The notes under the pieces: generated by a model
The model's database searches: none
Told to the model about the DNA's origin: nothing
Seen by the model: only the letters and a program-made list of their open reading frames with translations
Made by a program: the position numbers and the translations under genes
Shown here: one piece after another, positions 11,136 through 23,276 of the stretch
How positions within the stretch are numbered: position 1 is the stretch's first letter
How the letters are laid out: the number at the start of each line of letters is the position of its first letter
DNA from: Leptogorgia sarmentosa
Lineage: Eukaryota
DNA length: 64,000 nucleotides
Assembly (NCBI GenBank): GCA_964658305.1
Contig: OZ210885.1
Location: 10,664,001 to 10,728,000 of the forward strand
Direction of reading: 5' to 3'

Positions 11136-12057
11136 CTTATCATACCTATAAACTGGAAAACGTTGAATTTCTTTTTTTATTTAAAGCGGCCTGATGTGAA
11201 ATATGCGACCCAAACGGTTAAGATGCATATACTATGGTTCGTGTTAAATATATCCACCAATACTTGAAAACGATTAGTCCTGCTTTTAAATACTAAAACA
11301 TTTTGTTGGATTTTGCTGGCAGATTGAATATTTATTCATTTTGAAGTACAAGCCAAGATTAATGCCAGTGGTACAGACGTCAATGTTTAGATGAACGACG
11401 CGAAACCCGTTTAAAAAAGAGAAAATTGATAAAAAGAAGTTCATTAAGAACCTTTTTTAAAATCAAAGTATTCAACTTCTAACAGGTTTGTATTTTGCAA
11501 AAACTTGTTCGTCGCTTGGCAAGGGCGAAATTTGTGTTTATATCATGATGTAAACAAAGGTGCAAAATTAATGTACTTCATTTAAAGACAAAATTGACGG
11601 CTTTAACCGATAACATTCACTAGAGAATTCACAACTATATGCTTTATAATATACTTTTCGGAAATGACACCAGTATTAACAGAAAACTTTTACCAATGCT
11701 GTAAATGATTAGCCGTTCTGGTCTCAAACAAGAGTTGCTGCGAAAGGGCGAGTACTAGCTAAGTCGCGAGAAAAATGAGTTTGGTTAGCACTATTTTCGT
11801 AGCTGTACCTCTTCGACTTATTCACTGATTTTGTTGCCAGAAAACGTTGTACATATTTAGTAATAATATCCTAGAAGTACGGGCTGCTATTTTTACCGAA
11901 TTTTGTTGACGAGACGTAGATTTTTTCGACTTGTTTTCAGGCGTAGTAATTCATATTATTATTTACTTGCCAACCTCATCATCTGAACGTTATGTCAAGC
12001 GTTCGGCTTGTTAGGCTGCCTAATATTATACTTTTTTTCATTCTCTCGCAAATATTA

Positions 12058-12129
12058 TTCCCATGCCGGGAATTGAACTTGGACCTTGGGGGTGAGAGCG
12101 TCAGATCCTGACCACTGGACCAAATGGGA
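12058..12129 (-). pseudogene. tRNA-Glu (CTC), probably a pseudogene
   Basis: TCCCAT/ATGGGA acceptor stem, TGGTCCAGTGG A box and CTCTCAC loop, but the anticodon stem is mismatched. Confidence 0.65.
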
Positions 12130-12969
12130 GAAACATTATTTTATCTTTTCCCGGAATGTGAGTATATAAGTAAAAAATTGTGTTAAATTAATAAAAGGTT
12201 GTCTATATGCCTGTATAATAGTACCAGTTTATGGAGCATTTAACATGTCATTTATTATGTAAGTTTACTTTAATGATGCCAAAATATGCCACAAAATATG
12301 ACAACTTTTGAAAAGCTTTTAATTTTGCTATTTTTCGAAAAAGTATAGAATTTAAATTACAAATTCATATTGAGTTTGTGCCGTTTTTCACCTGGCAATA
12401 CAGGTTCTCCAAAATTGGGCGAGATATTCAACTCAGCCCGAGATTGTCTTGATGTTGTTGATAAATTAGCTGGAGCAAAAGATGGATCTTGCTGGATCTT
12501 CGGAAGAACCCACAAGGTACAAGCTCATGCTTCCGAAGCTGAAATCTACATAATGAATCTTGCAAATATTTTTTTTAATTATTTTAATTAGGTTTGGTGT
12601 TATATTCATACAGGCCAAGGTGGATTAATTTGTGTTGGTTGGAAGGGAGAATTGTTCAGTAAGTTCGACAGTCCCATCAGATTTGTCCCCAGTTGACCCA
12701 CAAGGACCGCCACTGTGGTCAAGTGTTTTTGGCGATATCACAGTTCTTGATTTTAGAGTCCAGGTGTCAACAAACAAAAGTTTTTATGGCACAAGAGCAG
12801 ACTGGTAAGAATACACAAACTAATAATTTCTTGTTAACCATGCGCAAAGTCAGCACCGAGCTCGTCTTTTGTACCGACAGTGCACGTAGTGCGAGTTATA
12901 ACAGGAAAATGATTATCTCATACGAACATATGATTGAAACTTTAACACTTTCTATCATATCAGCAACTT

Positions 12970-13160
12970 TCCAATAAAGAATACCGAATGGTTTTCCGCG
13001 CAGGATTGCGTCATCCATGCACGTGGGATGTGGCAAGAGTTTCGGAAAACGTAAAAAATCACGAGCCGCAGGCGAGTCACTTTCCAAAACTCAAGTCACA
13101 TCCCAAGTGTATGGATAACGCTATCCTGCACGGAAAAATCATTTGGTAATTGTTTTATAA
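12970..13160. repeat. imperfect fold-back (MITE-like) element
   Basis: TTTTCCGCGCAGGATTGCGTCATCCATGCACGTGGGATGTG pairs with CACATCCCAAGTGTATGGATAACGCTATCCTGCACGGAAAA. Confidence 0.6.
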
Positions 13161-14123
13161 AATAACTACAGTGAAACAACGGAAAACGTTAATATTTCTT
13201 TTCCATAAATACGAAAACTCTTGTTTGTTGGTTTCGATAGCAATTTGTGTTACTGTGAAGTTTTCGTATTTATTTTTTGCAAACATTTTAAAAATCCCGT
13301 GACTCGTGAGCATTATGCTCGTGAACGAAGAGCCCCTTAGTCTGCAAACAAACTTATAAGGATCGATGGTCTAATGTTGTATCTGTAAAACACTGCTGAA
13401 TGAAAAGATTTTAGAAAATACGACTAATTAAGAGATAATGACGTCTGAAGTTCAGTAAGGTTTGCTGGTAATGCTGTTAATGTGACGACCATTTGCAAAC
13501 ATCATTGGTAATTTTACTTTTATTGACAAATGTTCTATAATAATTCGATATTGTAAACCAGCAAATACAACTAAAAATCTACACTAAAGTTGAAACAAAA
13601 TCATTTTCAAATATACAGTTGCCTCTTATATTAATTAGGCGAATTGTTAAACATTTCCAGATATGTTCACTGTTTAACTTATTCAGTGATACTATTTTAA
13701 CTATCTTATACGTTTACTATACAGTCATTGAGAATTAAGAGAAAATTCTTAGCATGACGTTTTCTCGATAATTATTTACAGCATGGACTGAATAAAAATG
13801 CTTGTAATAAGACAAGTGAATTCAAAACACGCAGAGTGCCACTGAAATATTTTCCCTTCCACCCCATTTCTCCTCCCGGACAAGTATTTTTGAAATACCG
13901 ACAGTAGGGATATTGAATAATGAATGAGGTAAAATGTATTAAACATTGAGTAGAAATAATCAATCTCCATAATAAGCCTGCGCCTATTAGCAAATTAATG
14001 ACTTTCAAAAATTTCCAACGAAATTTACCGATTTTCCGACAAACTGATATTGTCCCATACACCATGCAACAAGTCAACTACCGCTTTCAATATCCTATTT
14101 TGCTTCGAATTTTACAACTAAAG

Positions 14124-14353
14124 GCTGCATTCCCGTTAATCGTTTTTACACGTACGTGTACGTACGTAAATGTCTAAATCTCTCTATATTTCATTTCATT
14201 AATAAAATACCTTTAGAAACACATACTACATCATTCAAAGTATGAGATGCTTTACATGTAGTCATGTGATTGCATAGAAACTAACGTTGAAATCAATTTC
14301 ACTAATTTTTACACGTACGTACGTACGAAAAACGCGTAACCGGAAAACAGCCG
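14124..14353. mobile_element. MITE, PIF/Harbinger-like ends
   Basis: GGCTG...CAGCC termini with imperfect TIRs rich in TACG repeats. Confidence 0.5.
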
Positions 14354-15579
14354 TAAGATTTACTGTGAAAATTGCATCTTAAGTATCAGTTAAGAACGAC
14401 CCACACTTGAGATAAATATAGCCATTGATCGCTGATAACTTGGAATATGGTGAAAAATCAAGTACCTACTCACCAAGCATGAGGTGTGCACGGTGAATAT
14501 CAAACCGAGGCCAATGTCAAGACATGAAGACCGAGGTTTGAAAGTTAACAATACAGACGAAACAGTCGAAGTCAACGAAAAGACGAAGTCTGCCTATTTT
14601 CGTACGGAACAGATACTCAATTTTTTGCACTATCTTTCTTTTCACGTAGATTCTGAATTACGAATACTTGAAGAAATGCGAGGTGTTGGAACATTATATT
14701 TTGCCAAAGGTACGTGACGACAAATGAGCTAATCACATGGGCCAAATATTTTATAAAGGGTGTCAATCTTGTGGAGTCCCCGAATTTTTGGCTTGGGGGA
14801 CGGCTATATAACTGTCCCCCACTGTTTGCCATTTCTCGTTTTCTTTTACTTGTGACAATAGTAATTATAAAAGTTATACAGCAATATAACACTTAATGTA
14901 AGCGATCTTCGATTCGTACACCTGAATGATCTTACCAAAGAGGTAGAGTTAAGGCGCATGATTTGGCGCAAACCTTGGTAACGCTTTGTGAGAAGTTGGG
15001 ACCTTACAACTAGGTTGAAGACGTTCGTATACCCTTCCTGGAGTACTTCTAGGAACGTACTGGTAAGAAGAATGCAGAAACGTTTTCAACTTTAAGAAGA
15101 TCAGAACCCGCCCCGCATTCTGGGAATGCATTGTCGCCCTTAAATTCTACACACTGTGCCTATTACGTAATAATTTGATCACTGGGACAGGGTGTCCCAA
15201 AAAAACCCGCAAAACATTTGATTATTTGAATTTGACTGCCCTAGCACTAACCTAATATCTAATCTAAGCTAATTTTGCCAGCCAGTATTTTAGTGTATTC
15301 AAAATTTTGTTTTAATCTGTCCGGACGCACATTACAAGTATATCTCAATTTCTTAATCACTTTTTACGCATTTTATCGAGTTCAAATTCAAAGGGCTTTC
15401 AAATTCCAACAATGCGTCAATTTCAATGGTTTTGGGTTTTTTGAGTCTTTATCTTACTTTTTATATATATATTTTTGAGTATTTTGTCATAGCAAGAAAT
15501 ATTGATATTGTTACTCCACATATCCTTGTTTCCACGCTTAATATTCATTTCAGACAATGTTGCAATTTCTCTGATGTCT

Positions 15580-15905
15580 TCAACCTTTTGGTTGGAGTTG
15601 TTTTGAATGCGAGGATAACTTATTAAGACGAAGGAAGCAGACCCGACCTCCTTTCAGGCCAACACAAACCATTCCATTTGAGCCACATGCTATGGCTTGA
15701 ACATACCGGTCGAAATGAAACTCTTCAACACACTCTCCATTTGGTAGGTTCCACAGTTTCAGCGTCTTGTCATCTTCCGAGCACGACAAAAGCAATTCTC
15801 CTTCAGGCGCTAATGCCAACGCCATGATATCCTCAGCATCTTCAATTGGAAATCTGTGGAGAACCTTTCCAGTTAAGAAGTTCTCAATCGCCAAAGAATC
15901 ACGAC
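15580..15905 (-). CDS. NB-ARC/WD40 gene, terminal exon (WD40)
   Basis: TTTTAG acceptor; LLLSCSEDDKTLKLWNL; TGA stop. Confidence 0.85.
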
Positions 15906-17814
15906 CTAAAAGTGTGATTTAAATTTTTAAATCTGATAAGTTAAGGCAATGTTACGCGAGGCAATTTTTGTGATCACTTTTCGATTGATAGCCATGTTTT
16001 ATAATTTTATAGTGGCTGTTTGAACGAAAGATTTTGATCGCATATCATACCCAATGTTCTTTTTTTCCGAGGCAATTTTCGGTACAACGTGAGACGTATT
16101 TTAAAATGGATGTACAGCCATTTTATCTAATCGCCATGTCACGCGAATCAATATTGCCTTCACATGATTTTGGATTGTTAGCTGTGTTATCTAACGGCTA
16201 CGTTATACAGAATAATTATTTTGCCATTACGAACAAATCACCTGACGCGCTTCCCCTCACCGACTGGAGAGGTAAAAAATTATGCATAACATTAACTAGA
16301 AATGAACGCATTCAGCAACCTATCGCTTTAATAACCAAATATGTTTTCAGAACATGAAGTATTTGTGGATTGTCTCGGGAAGCGCGACAAGTTCTATTTA
16401 ATCATCATAAATAAATTCTTTAACACTTTCAGATTTTTTAACATGCCATGTTTATAAGGAAATATAGACACAGTAACCTGCGATTTACGTGCACAAATTT
16501 CTCAGCAAGTTTCGTGTAAATGACACAGGTTTAAATCAGACGTTTCTTTCCAAGGGGCGGTATAAACTGTCTGTCGTACTATCCAGGGGCAGAGTTTGTG
16601 AGGGACGAGGAAATTGTTCACTCCTTCAAAATCCATCTCCACAATGTCAATGTACTAACAATAAAGTAGCTATAAAATTAACATGTTTCTACGCTTTTTT
16701 GCGGCAAATTAACTTAGAAAATCAAACACGCAAGAATATTTTATTGATGTTCGATCGACACCCTCACTCCACAATTTTTTGCATCTCTCAGTGAAAAACA
16801 TGAAAATCCGTCCCTGGTAATAAAGGTGACCGATACAGCCGACACAAAATTAAAAACCTATGCAGACTAAACTGAGTAATGCTCAAACTTTTCCCGCGAA
16901 TAATTGGTAGATAACATAGTTTCAGGTCTAACGGGAGGTGAGGGGTTACAGTGTGATTACGCCTTCGCAGTTGAAAGCGGGGTGTCATCTACTGTGCTTC
17001 TTGTTAAGACAGGTTTATGGATGTAACATAAAAAGTCTTGATCAACTGTTTTAATTTTTTTTTGTAACTTTTGATAATTTCGTCACAGAACGCGCCGATG
17101 GCTGAGATTATATTCACATATTTTATGCTTTGAAAGGCTTTTAATTGCAATAATCTTGCGTACAGTAGCTTGACGTCGCGTGCTTTGTTGCATGAATCTT
17201 AGGCGGGAATTTTGCTGGCAGCGCTAGAGACAGTGCAAATTTCGTTCCTAGTTAATATGATGTTTCTTTGATAACGACCGAAGGAATTAAGCGAAGGAAT
17301 AGGTGAGCTAGAAAAATCATTGTCATACCGCGAGTAAAATTTTGGACTTCGTTCTGTATTGTATGTTCAGGCAGTTTCTACCACTGTAACATGCTGCACC
17401 GTTTTTGTTTTACAACTCTTGATGAATTTGAGTAGAATTTCCAACAGGCCTATGAAGCTAATAGAGAGGCTAAGATAGCCCGGTTACGGTTTACTGGCAC
17501 GGCTGCATTTCCCCTTCCAGTACCCGTAAACCAGAACCGGGGTATCGTCACCTCTCAAATAACCACAGCTGGCCCAGGTTGTTCGCGCCCGCCTGAAAAT
17601 TACTAAAAATAATAGGATGGAGACATTGCGACCAGACGAGGCATATGTCACACAAACTATCCTCGATTTTTTGCATTTAAATATATCGCTTTCCAAATTA
17701 ATCGATGTTCCCAGCAAGAAGGATCCCGTGTAACTATCAAAATAATGATGTTTTATCAAATAGCGTAAATTCGCTCCAAAATTCTCGAAGGAATGACAAA
17801 ATTCGGCCAATATA

Positions 17815-18626
17815 CAGGGTGTATAAAAAAAAACGCAATCCTACGTTCAAATGCAATTTTCATAACGAAAAGTATTAGAAAATAGGCTATATTTACCACC
17901 GTTAGAAAGCTCTATCATTCCCGCTTTCTTACGACTGCTTGTTTGTTAAATTTGAGTTGGAAATGAGCGAGTAATGATATTTTTAGTAAGTGTGATTGGA
18001 CAATTTAAAATTTGAGATAGCTTGAATTTATTAAAAATTTAACTTTAGTTGGTTACAATCATTCAACGTGGCCTGGCTTTCTCACCACACACAAATCACT
18101 TCGACGTTGCATTTCCCGTGCAACTCTTCTTATTAGTTCATGATTTCCATGTAAAGCATCTGCTTCAAACTGTATCTGCCGGTATTTAAGTACGTTACGC
18201 CAAACGGTCGTCGAATTTGGGACTTGTCGATCCGGGAAAGCTATTCGAAACAATCTTAAAACTTCCTGAATACTTTTTGTTACAAAGTAACCTTCAACAA
18301 TAAAAATTATTTCTGCTGTAGTGAGCTGTGGCATGATGCCTAAGACTTTAAAATTATTTCGCGAAAATATTTCAAACAAGATATTCGCATGCAACGATAA
18401 CGTCCCCTTCGGAATTAAGAACGTCGAATTCGAAGCATCTAAAAATGACTGCTTGCAGTAAATCACATATTTTGAAGTCCTAAATGGCCTAAAAAGTCAC
18501 AATCGACCACTTATTGAGTAGAAAAAAGATAGGGCTAAAACATGAACTAAAAGTTAAGACATGGAAATCTATATTATTTTGGTTATAAAGCCTTAAACAT
18601 GGATTGCGTTTTTTTTATACACCCTG
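17815..18626 (-). mobile_element. internally deleted Tc1/mariner element
   Basis: TIRs CAGGGTGTATAAAAAAAAACGCAATCC, TA flanks; ORF 18334-18059 joins an N-terminal HTH (MPQLTTAEIIFIVEGYF...) directly to the transposase C-terminus (RRSDLCV...GHVE), with no DDD/E core. Confidence 0.85.
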
Positions 18627-19310
18627 TATATCCGCGTACCCGCTTTTTCAATTTTTCCAATGTGTCTACTGAATGGCAGTTAAGACCAGTATGGACTACA
18701 GAGGCTTTGATAGCTATTTAAAACAAACTCAGGAATGACGGCTTAACCGAAACCCAATCAGTGACAAAATTAGTTGCCCCGAAGGCTTAGAGATTAAAAA
18801 CTTCCTAAGATACTTATTTCTTTTAAGCTGTCTATACTTTATGTCTTTACGTATGTGAAAGAATTTGCTTCTTATTAATCCCAATTTATTACTATGATAA
18901 TAAATTGGCCCTTAATAAAACACGCAATTCGTTTTTTGGCGATTTGTGGGTGACGGAAAGTGCGGTTTCTGGGAGTAAGGGCCCCCGGAAAAGCTGGAGA
19001 AAACAACATCAGGGTGAGGGTAAGGGCCCTCACCGTTGTGGACGTTGAATCTCATGTCCAAGCCGGGCTTCCCCCTGGTGAAGTGACCGGGAGATGCAAA
19101 GATCAGAGCGAGGGTAAGGGCCCCCACTGTTATGGACCTTCCTCTCCTTTGCCGGTGTGAGCTTCACCGTGGGTGAAGTGTGGCCGTGTGGACACCACTT
19201 TCCGCCACTGATCAAACGAAGTGTAGATCCCCCACGGGAAGCTAGCAGTTTTTTATGGAATTAAACACAGTGATTGGGCAGTACGTGGTTACTTTTGATA
19301 TGGCTAATAT

Positions 19311-20384
19311 TTACAATATGGCTTTTGGACTAAGTACGGCAGCTAATTGCTGGGGGACTGACTGAATGATTGTTCTTGGTGTACGGATGTATAGTTCGTA
19401 ACAGTCCGAGCGCCATCTACCGAGAGTTTTTATGAGCCAAGGCGGTAGATTTGCAGCAGCAGCTGTAGTAGCTGCGCCTATTCTAAAACTATGCGGGGCG
19501 TACTCTGTCTCGTTATAACCTAACATTTTTAAGAGTGCTCTGAGATTAGCGTTAAGTATAGTTCGCGTAAGGGGTTCCTTGTTTTGGAGCAGAAACAGTG
19601 GTTCATCGGGATTAGCTGGGCTTCGTTGCAGTAGATACTCGCGTAAAGCTGTGACTGCGCATACAGGCGAGTGGCTCCGGGCGATGACGAGCGTAGTTCC
19701 GTGGCGGAATGGATCGGTCTTTGATTGTTTGATGCGAACTTGGATGGATGTTGGAGTGGCGATGTTAGGGACGAATGTGATGTCGTGAACAGCGAGGAAG
19801 GTCTTTGCACTGGAGTAGGTAAACTCGCTGACGCGCAGGAATCCGAAGAAAGCCAATGTGAAGGCTGCCCAGAGCATGACAGTATCGAGGTCCTCGGAAA
19901 ACGTGGGACGCAGTAGTGTTGAAATCTGGGACAGAAGGTGTATGGTGATGGGGTGACGAGGCCGTTTTTGAGGATTGGAAGTCCGCTTGATTCCCTTTAA
20001 GATGCGGTGGAGTTGGAGCATGGTAGTGGAGCGGAAAGGTTGGTTGTGCTCCACATAGAAGTTGGAAATTGCAGCGAGGTACAGCTTGACTGTTTGGTAC
20101 TTGACTTTACCGTGGAGCGACGCAACAAAATACACCAAATTTTCTTCTGTTGGAGGTGGAAGAGGGCTGCTTGGTGAGGCAAGGTTGTGAGCAAAACAAA
20201 AGTCCAAGTATTGGCGGACCCCAGAGGAATATGTAGTTCGCGTGGAAGAGGAAATGGCTTGGCCGAGCAGTGTGTTGACTTTTTGAGTTAGACCTGAATC
20301 AAGGATTCGGGGATGACGGTAGGATGTGGGTAGGCAGTGGGAGCTAGTTGATGGAATCGGTGTGTCTGAAACCGTGATAATGCG
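19311..20384 (-). CDS. tyrosine recombinase (frame open upstream to about 20384, no ATG at its start, overlapping the end of RT)
   Basis: Catalytic motifs FLRVSE, KQSKTD, HSFR, GRW and YELY; N-terminal AISSSTRTTYSSG lies upstream of the tracked ORF start. Confidence 0.92.
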   Translation of the reverse strand, partial: RIITVSDTPIPSTSSHCLPTSYRHPRILDSGLTQKVNTLLGQAISSSTRTTYSSGVRQYLDFCFAHNLASPSSPLPPPTEENLVYFVASLHGKVKYQTVKLYLAAISNFYVEHNQPFRSTTMLQLHRILKGIKRTSNPQKRPRHPITIHLLSQISTLLRPTFSEDLDTVMLWAAFTLAFFGFLRVSEFTYSSAKTFLAVHDITFVPNIATPTSIQVRIKQSKTDPFRHGTTLVIARSHSPVCAVTALREYLLQRSPANPDEPLFLLQNKEPLTRTILNANLRALLKMLGYNETEYAPHSFRIGAATTAAAANLPPWLIKTLGRWRSDCYELYIRTPRTIIQSVPQQLAAVLSPKAIL

Positions 20385-22369
20385 TCAGCGATTGGGTTGT
20401 CTAAGCCGGGAACATGCTTGGCATGCAGTGTGAAATTGTGAATGAGTGTTTGAACGGTAATCTGTCTAACTAGGTCCATTATTTTGTTGATTTTCGAAGA
20501 TTTTGAATTTAGAATCTGAGTGACAGAGACATTGTCGCACCAGAGTATAATGCGTTTGCCGGACCATAGGTGGCCCCAAACTGAGCAGGCAAGATAGACG
20601 GGGAAAAGCTCTTTCCATGCTATGCTCTGCTGTTCCTTGTGCGCATGAAACTGTTTTGACCACTTGCCCTGAAACCAGAGATCGTTGAAAAACGCGCCAT
20701 AGCCTAACGAGCCCGATGCGTCGGTGGAAAACTCGAGTTCGAGTGAATTTGTGGGCGAAATATCGAGGAAAATATTGGAGCCATTCCATTGCTCCAGGAA
20801 AACGAGCCACGTGGCGACGTCCTTGCGAAAGGATGAATTTAGCTTTACGTGGTGGTGTGGTTTTGTAACGCCGCGCGTAAGATTTATCATGCGTTGGAGA
20901 AAAGCGCGACCGGGCACAACGACGCGGCATGCAAATTGTAGCGTGCCGATTAAGGACTGAAGCTCTTTTAGAGTGCACGATTTTTTGGAAAGCCACACTA
21001 ATAATGACTGTTTTGCTCGCGTTAGTTTATCCGCGGGCAAGCAGGCGATCATCTTTTCCGAGTCTAAGAGTACCCCAAGGAATTCTAATTCGGTAGACGC
21101 CGGATAGGTCTTTTTGTGCGCGATAGGAATGTTAAGATTCGTCATAAGTGTAAGCAATTTGCATAAGGATGTCATGCAGTTTGACCTAGGAGGTGGTTCA
21201 ATCAGGAAAAAATCATCTAAAATATGTAAAACATGTTTAATGCCGTAATTGGTTTTTGCGATCCATTCGAGGGCATCGGAAAGCTGATTAAAAATGAAAG
21301 GCGCGCTACGAAGGCCAAATGGTAATACTTTATCGAAAAAATATAGGCCCTGCCAATGCATGCCTAATAATTCCCAGTCGTTAGGATGAACAGGAACATT
21401 ACGGAAAGCAGAACAAATGTCCGTTTTCGCCATAAAAGAGCCGCGGCCAAGCTGGATAATCAGATTAATCGCATCATCGATTTTTACGTATTGAAGAGAG
21501 TAGTTTTCTCTGGAAATGTAATCGTTAACGCTGTTGCCGGATGTTTTTGGATGCGATAGGTGAAAAATTGTTCGCCAGTCAGACGAATACTTTTTGGGTA
21601 CTACGCCGATTGGGTAAATTTGGAAATTGGGGAAAGGCGGAGGGAGGAACGGCCCGGCGGTGCGGCCTAACCTAACTTCATGTAGCAAGTTTTTTGTGAC
21701 TAGATCAGGGTGGTCGTCCGCAGACTTCAGGTTGCGTGAAAAACGTGGCGCTCGGGGCCCCTCAAAACCAATAGAAAAACCGGCCCGGAATCCTTGGACC
21801 AAATTAGACACAAATAGGGCGTTAGGATGATTTTTTAATTCATGTTGCAAGTAGGTTACATTAACTGGTGTGATGGGATGAAGGTTGTGGAGGTAGGACT
21901 TAACGGTCTCGTTTGGTACTGCTCGGCTCCGCAGCTCTTGCATCGTGGTCGAGTGCTGAATGGTGGCCAGCGCAGCCTGGTCGGTTACAGCGATGTTTGA
22001 AGGGACAGGGAGTGGTGACGCAGGGGACCTTGCGGTTGTAGTTGCGACAACGATCGTCTGCGGGTCGTTGTGTGGATCTGGTAGGGGCAATAGGACATGC
22101 GTTAACGAAGTGGTCGGCGCTACCACAAACATGGCACGCCGTCTTTGCGAGCCCGGTAAATTTTTCGAGGTACAGTTGAGGATCACGGTGAGCCCAAGAA
22201 ACTGAAATATCGTTCGCCGCCTTTTTGCGGAAGGCGATGTCGTAAGCATACCAGGCCATGCCGGAAAATTTTCGGTGCGCATCACGAATGGCTTGTTGGT
22301 AGACGAAAAGTTCAGACGCCTTGTACGGGAAAAAATGGACAACAACGCGTGCAAAAATGTTGAAGGCAT
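20288..22369 (-). CDS. reverse transcriptase / RNase H (DIRS type)
   Basis: AKTDICSAF, LPFGLRSAP, HILDDF, FLG, TDAS, KELFP, CDN, NPIADALSR; conserved part begins near 21900. Confidence 0.93.
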   Translation of the reverse strand: MPSTFLHALLSIFSRTRRLNFSSTNKPFVMRTENFPAWPGMLTTSPSAKRRRTIFQFLGLTVILNCTSKNLPGSQRRRAMFVVAPTTSLTHVLLPLPDPHNDPQTIVVATTTARSPASPLPVPSNIAVTDQAALATIQHSTTMQELRSRAVPNETVKSYLHNLHPITPVNVTYLQHELKNHPNALFVSNLVQGFRAGFSIGFEGPRAPRFSRNLKSADDHPDLVTKNLLHEVRLGRTAGPFLPPPFPNFQIYPIGVVPKKYSSDWRTIFHLSHPKTSGNSVNDYISRENYSLQYVKIDDAINLIIQLGRGSFMAKTDICSAFRNVPVHPNDWELLGMHWQGLYFFDKVLPFGLRSAPFIFNQLSDALEWIAKTNYGIKHVLHILDDFFLIEPPPRSNCMTSLCKLLTLMTNLNIPIAHKKTYPASTELEFLGVLLDSEKMIACLPADKLTRAKQSLLVWLSKKSCTLKELQSLIGTLQFACRVVVPGRAFLQRMINLTRGVTKPHHHVKLNSSFRKDVATWLVFLEQWNGSNIFLDISPTNSLELEFSTDASGSLGYGAFFNDLWFQGKWSKQFHAHKEQQSIAWKELFPVYLACSVWGHLWSGKRIILWCDNVSVTQILNSKSSKINKIMDLVRQITVQTLIHNFTLHAKHVPGLDNPIADALSRFQTHRFHQLAPTAYPHPTVIPESLIQV

Positions 22370-22967
22370 TGAGCCAGCGTTCTATTGAATCGATTCGTTG
22401 GCGTTTGTGTTGAGACATAGAAACGGGGATAGAAAACCCCGACCCAAGGGCATCAAACGATATCTTCAAATGCTCGTCGTGACCATCAATGTTGTCGGGC
22501 AGTAAAGAATTGAAGTCAATGTACTCACCATTGCGAATTGACGAGAGGGTTTTGGTTGGCAAGTGTGGCGGGAACGATGGTGAGACTAGTTCTGGTGAGA
22601 CAGCGGTACTGGTGGATTGTTGAACCGTGGCGTCGCGAATGGATGAGAAGATCAAGGATTGCAATGTTTCGTATTGTTCAGCCGTAAATCCGTTGGGTTG
22701 TCGTTCCACTTCGGTTGGTGGCGTAGTTGGGCGATCGGTGGCTGATCCAGGTTGTTCAGGGTCGGAGTGAGGTAGATCAGCATCAGCAACTTGGGGTGGG
22801 TGAGCGCGAAGACGAGCAAGGAGTGTTTGGCGAGATCCAGTGGCGGTGAGCTTTTGTTGGTCGCAGCGAAGGCGAAGGACTTCAGTGGTTAGCTGGGTTA
22901 GATCAGACGACGTCGACTGTGTAGTACGACGAGAGGCGGTTGACTTAGAGCGTCGGATGCGAGGCAT
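21900..22967 (-). CDS. gag-like ORF1
   Basis: N-terminal SAP-like helix motif (VLRLRC..KLTATGSRQTLLARL), GEYIDFNSLL, CCHC knuckle CHVCGSADHFVNAC and a CCCH-type finger. Confidence 0.88.
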   Translation of the reverse strand: MPRIRRSKSTASRRTTQSTSSDLTQLTTEVLRLRCDQQKLTATGSRQTLLARLRAHPPQVADADLPHSDPEQPGSATDRPTTPPTEVERQPNGFTAEQYETLQSLIFSSIRDATVQQSTSTAVSPELVSPSFPPHLPTKTLSSIRNGEYIDFNSLLPDNIDGHDEHLKISFDALGSGFSIPVSMSQHKRQRIDSIERWLNAFNIFARVVVHFFPYKASELFVYQQAIRDAHRKFSGMAWYAYDIAFRKKAANDISVSWAHRDPQLYLEKFTGLAKTACHVCGSADHFVNACPIAPTRSTQRPADDRCRNYNRKVPCVTTPCPFKHRCNRPGCAGHHSALDHDARAAEPSSTKRDR

Positions 22968-23276
22968 TCTGCTTTAGGTTTAGTATTTTCAATTTTCAAA
23001 AAGTTTTTTTATTCAATTTTTCCAATGTGTCTACTGAATGGCAGTTAAGACCAGTATGGACTACAGAGGCTTTGATAGCTATTTAAAACAAACTCAGGAA
23101 TGACGGCTTAACCGAAACCCAATCAGTGACAAAATTAGTTGCCCCGAAGGCTTAGAGATTAAAAACTTCCTAAGATACTTATTTCTTTTAAGCTGTCTAT
23201 ACTTTATGTCTTTACGTATGTGAAAGAATTTGCTTCTTATTAATCCCAATTTATTACTATGATAATAAATTGGCCC

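Noticed and set aside
18728..18756. Hammerhead-like GAATGA-CGG-CTTAA-CCG-AAAC in the A repeat
   Set aside because: Lacks the CTGANGA core and flanking stems, and is antisense to the element.
19311..20207. Phage integrase or bacterial contamination
   Set aside because: The recombinase is part of a gag-RT-YR retrotransposon inside a spliceosomal intron.
20466..20996. 176-aa ORF overlapping RNase H
   Set aside because: No recognisable motifs; overlapping open frames are common in DIRS-type elements, so no separate product is supported.
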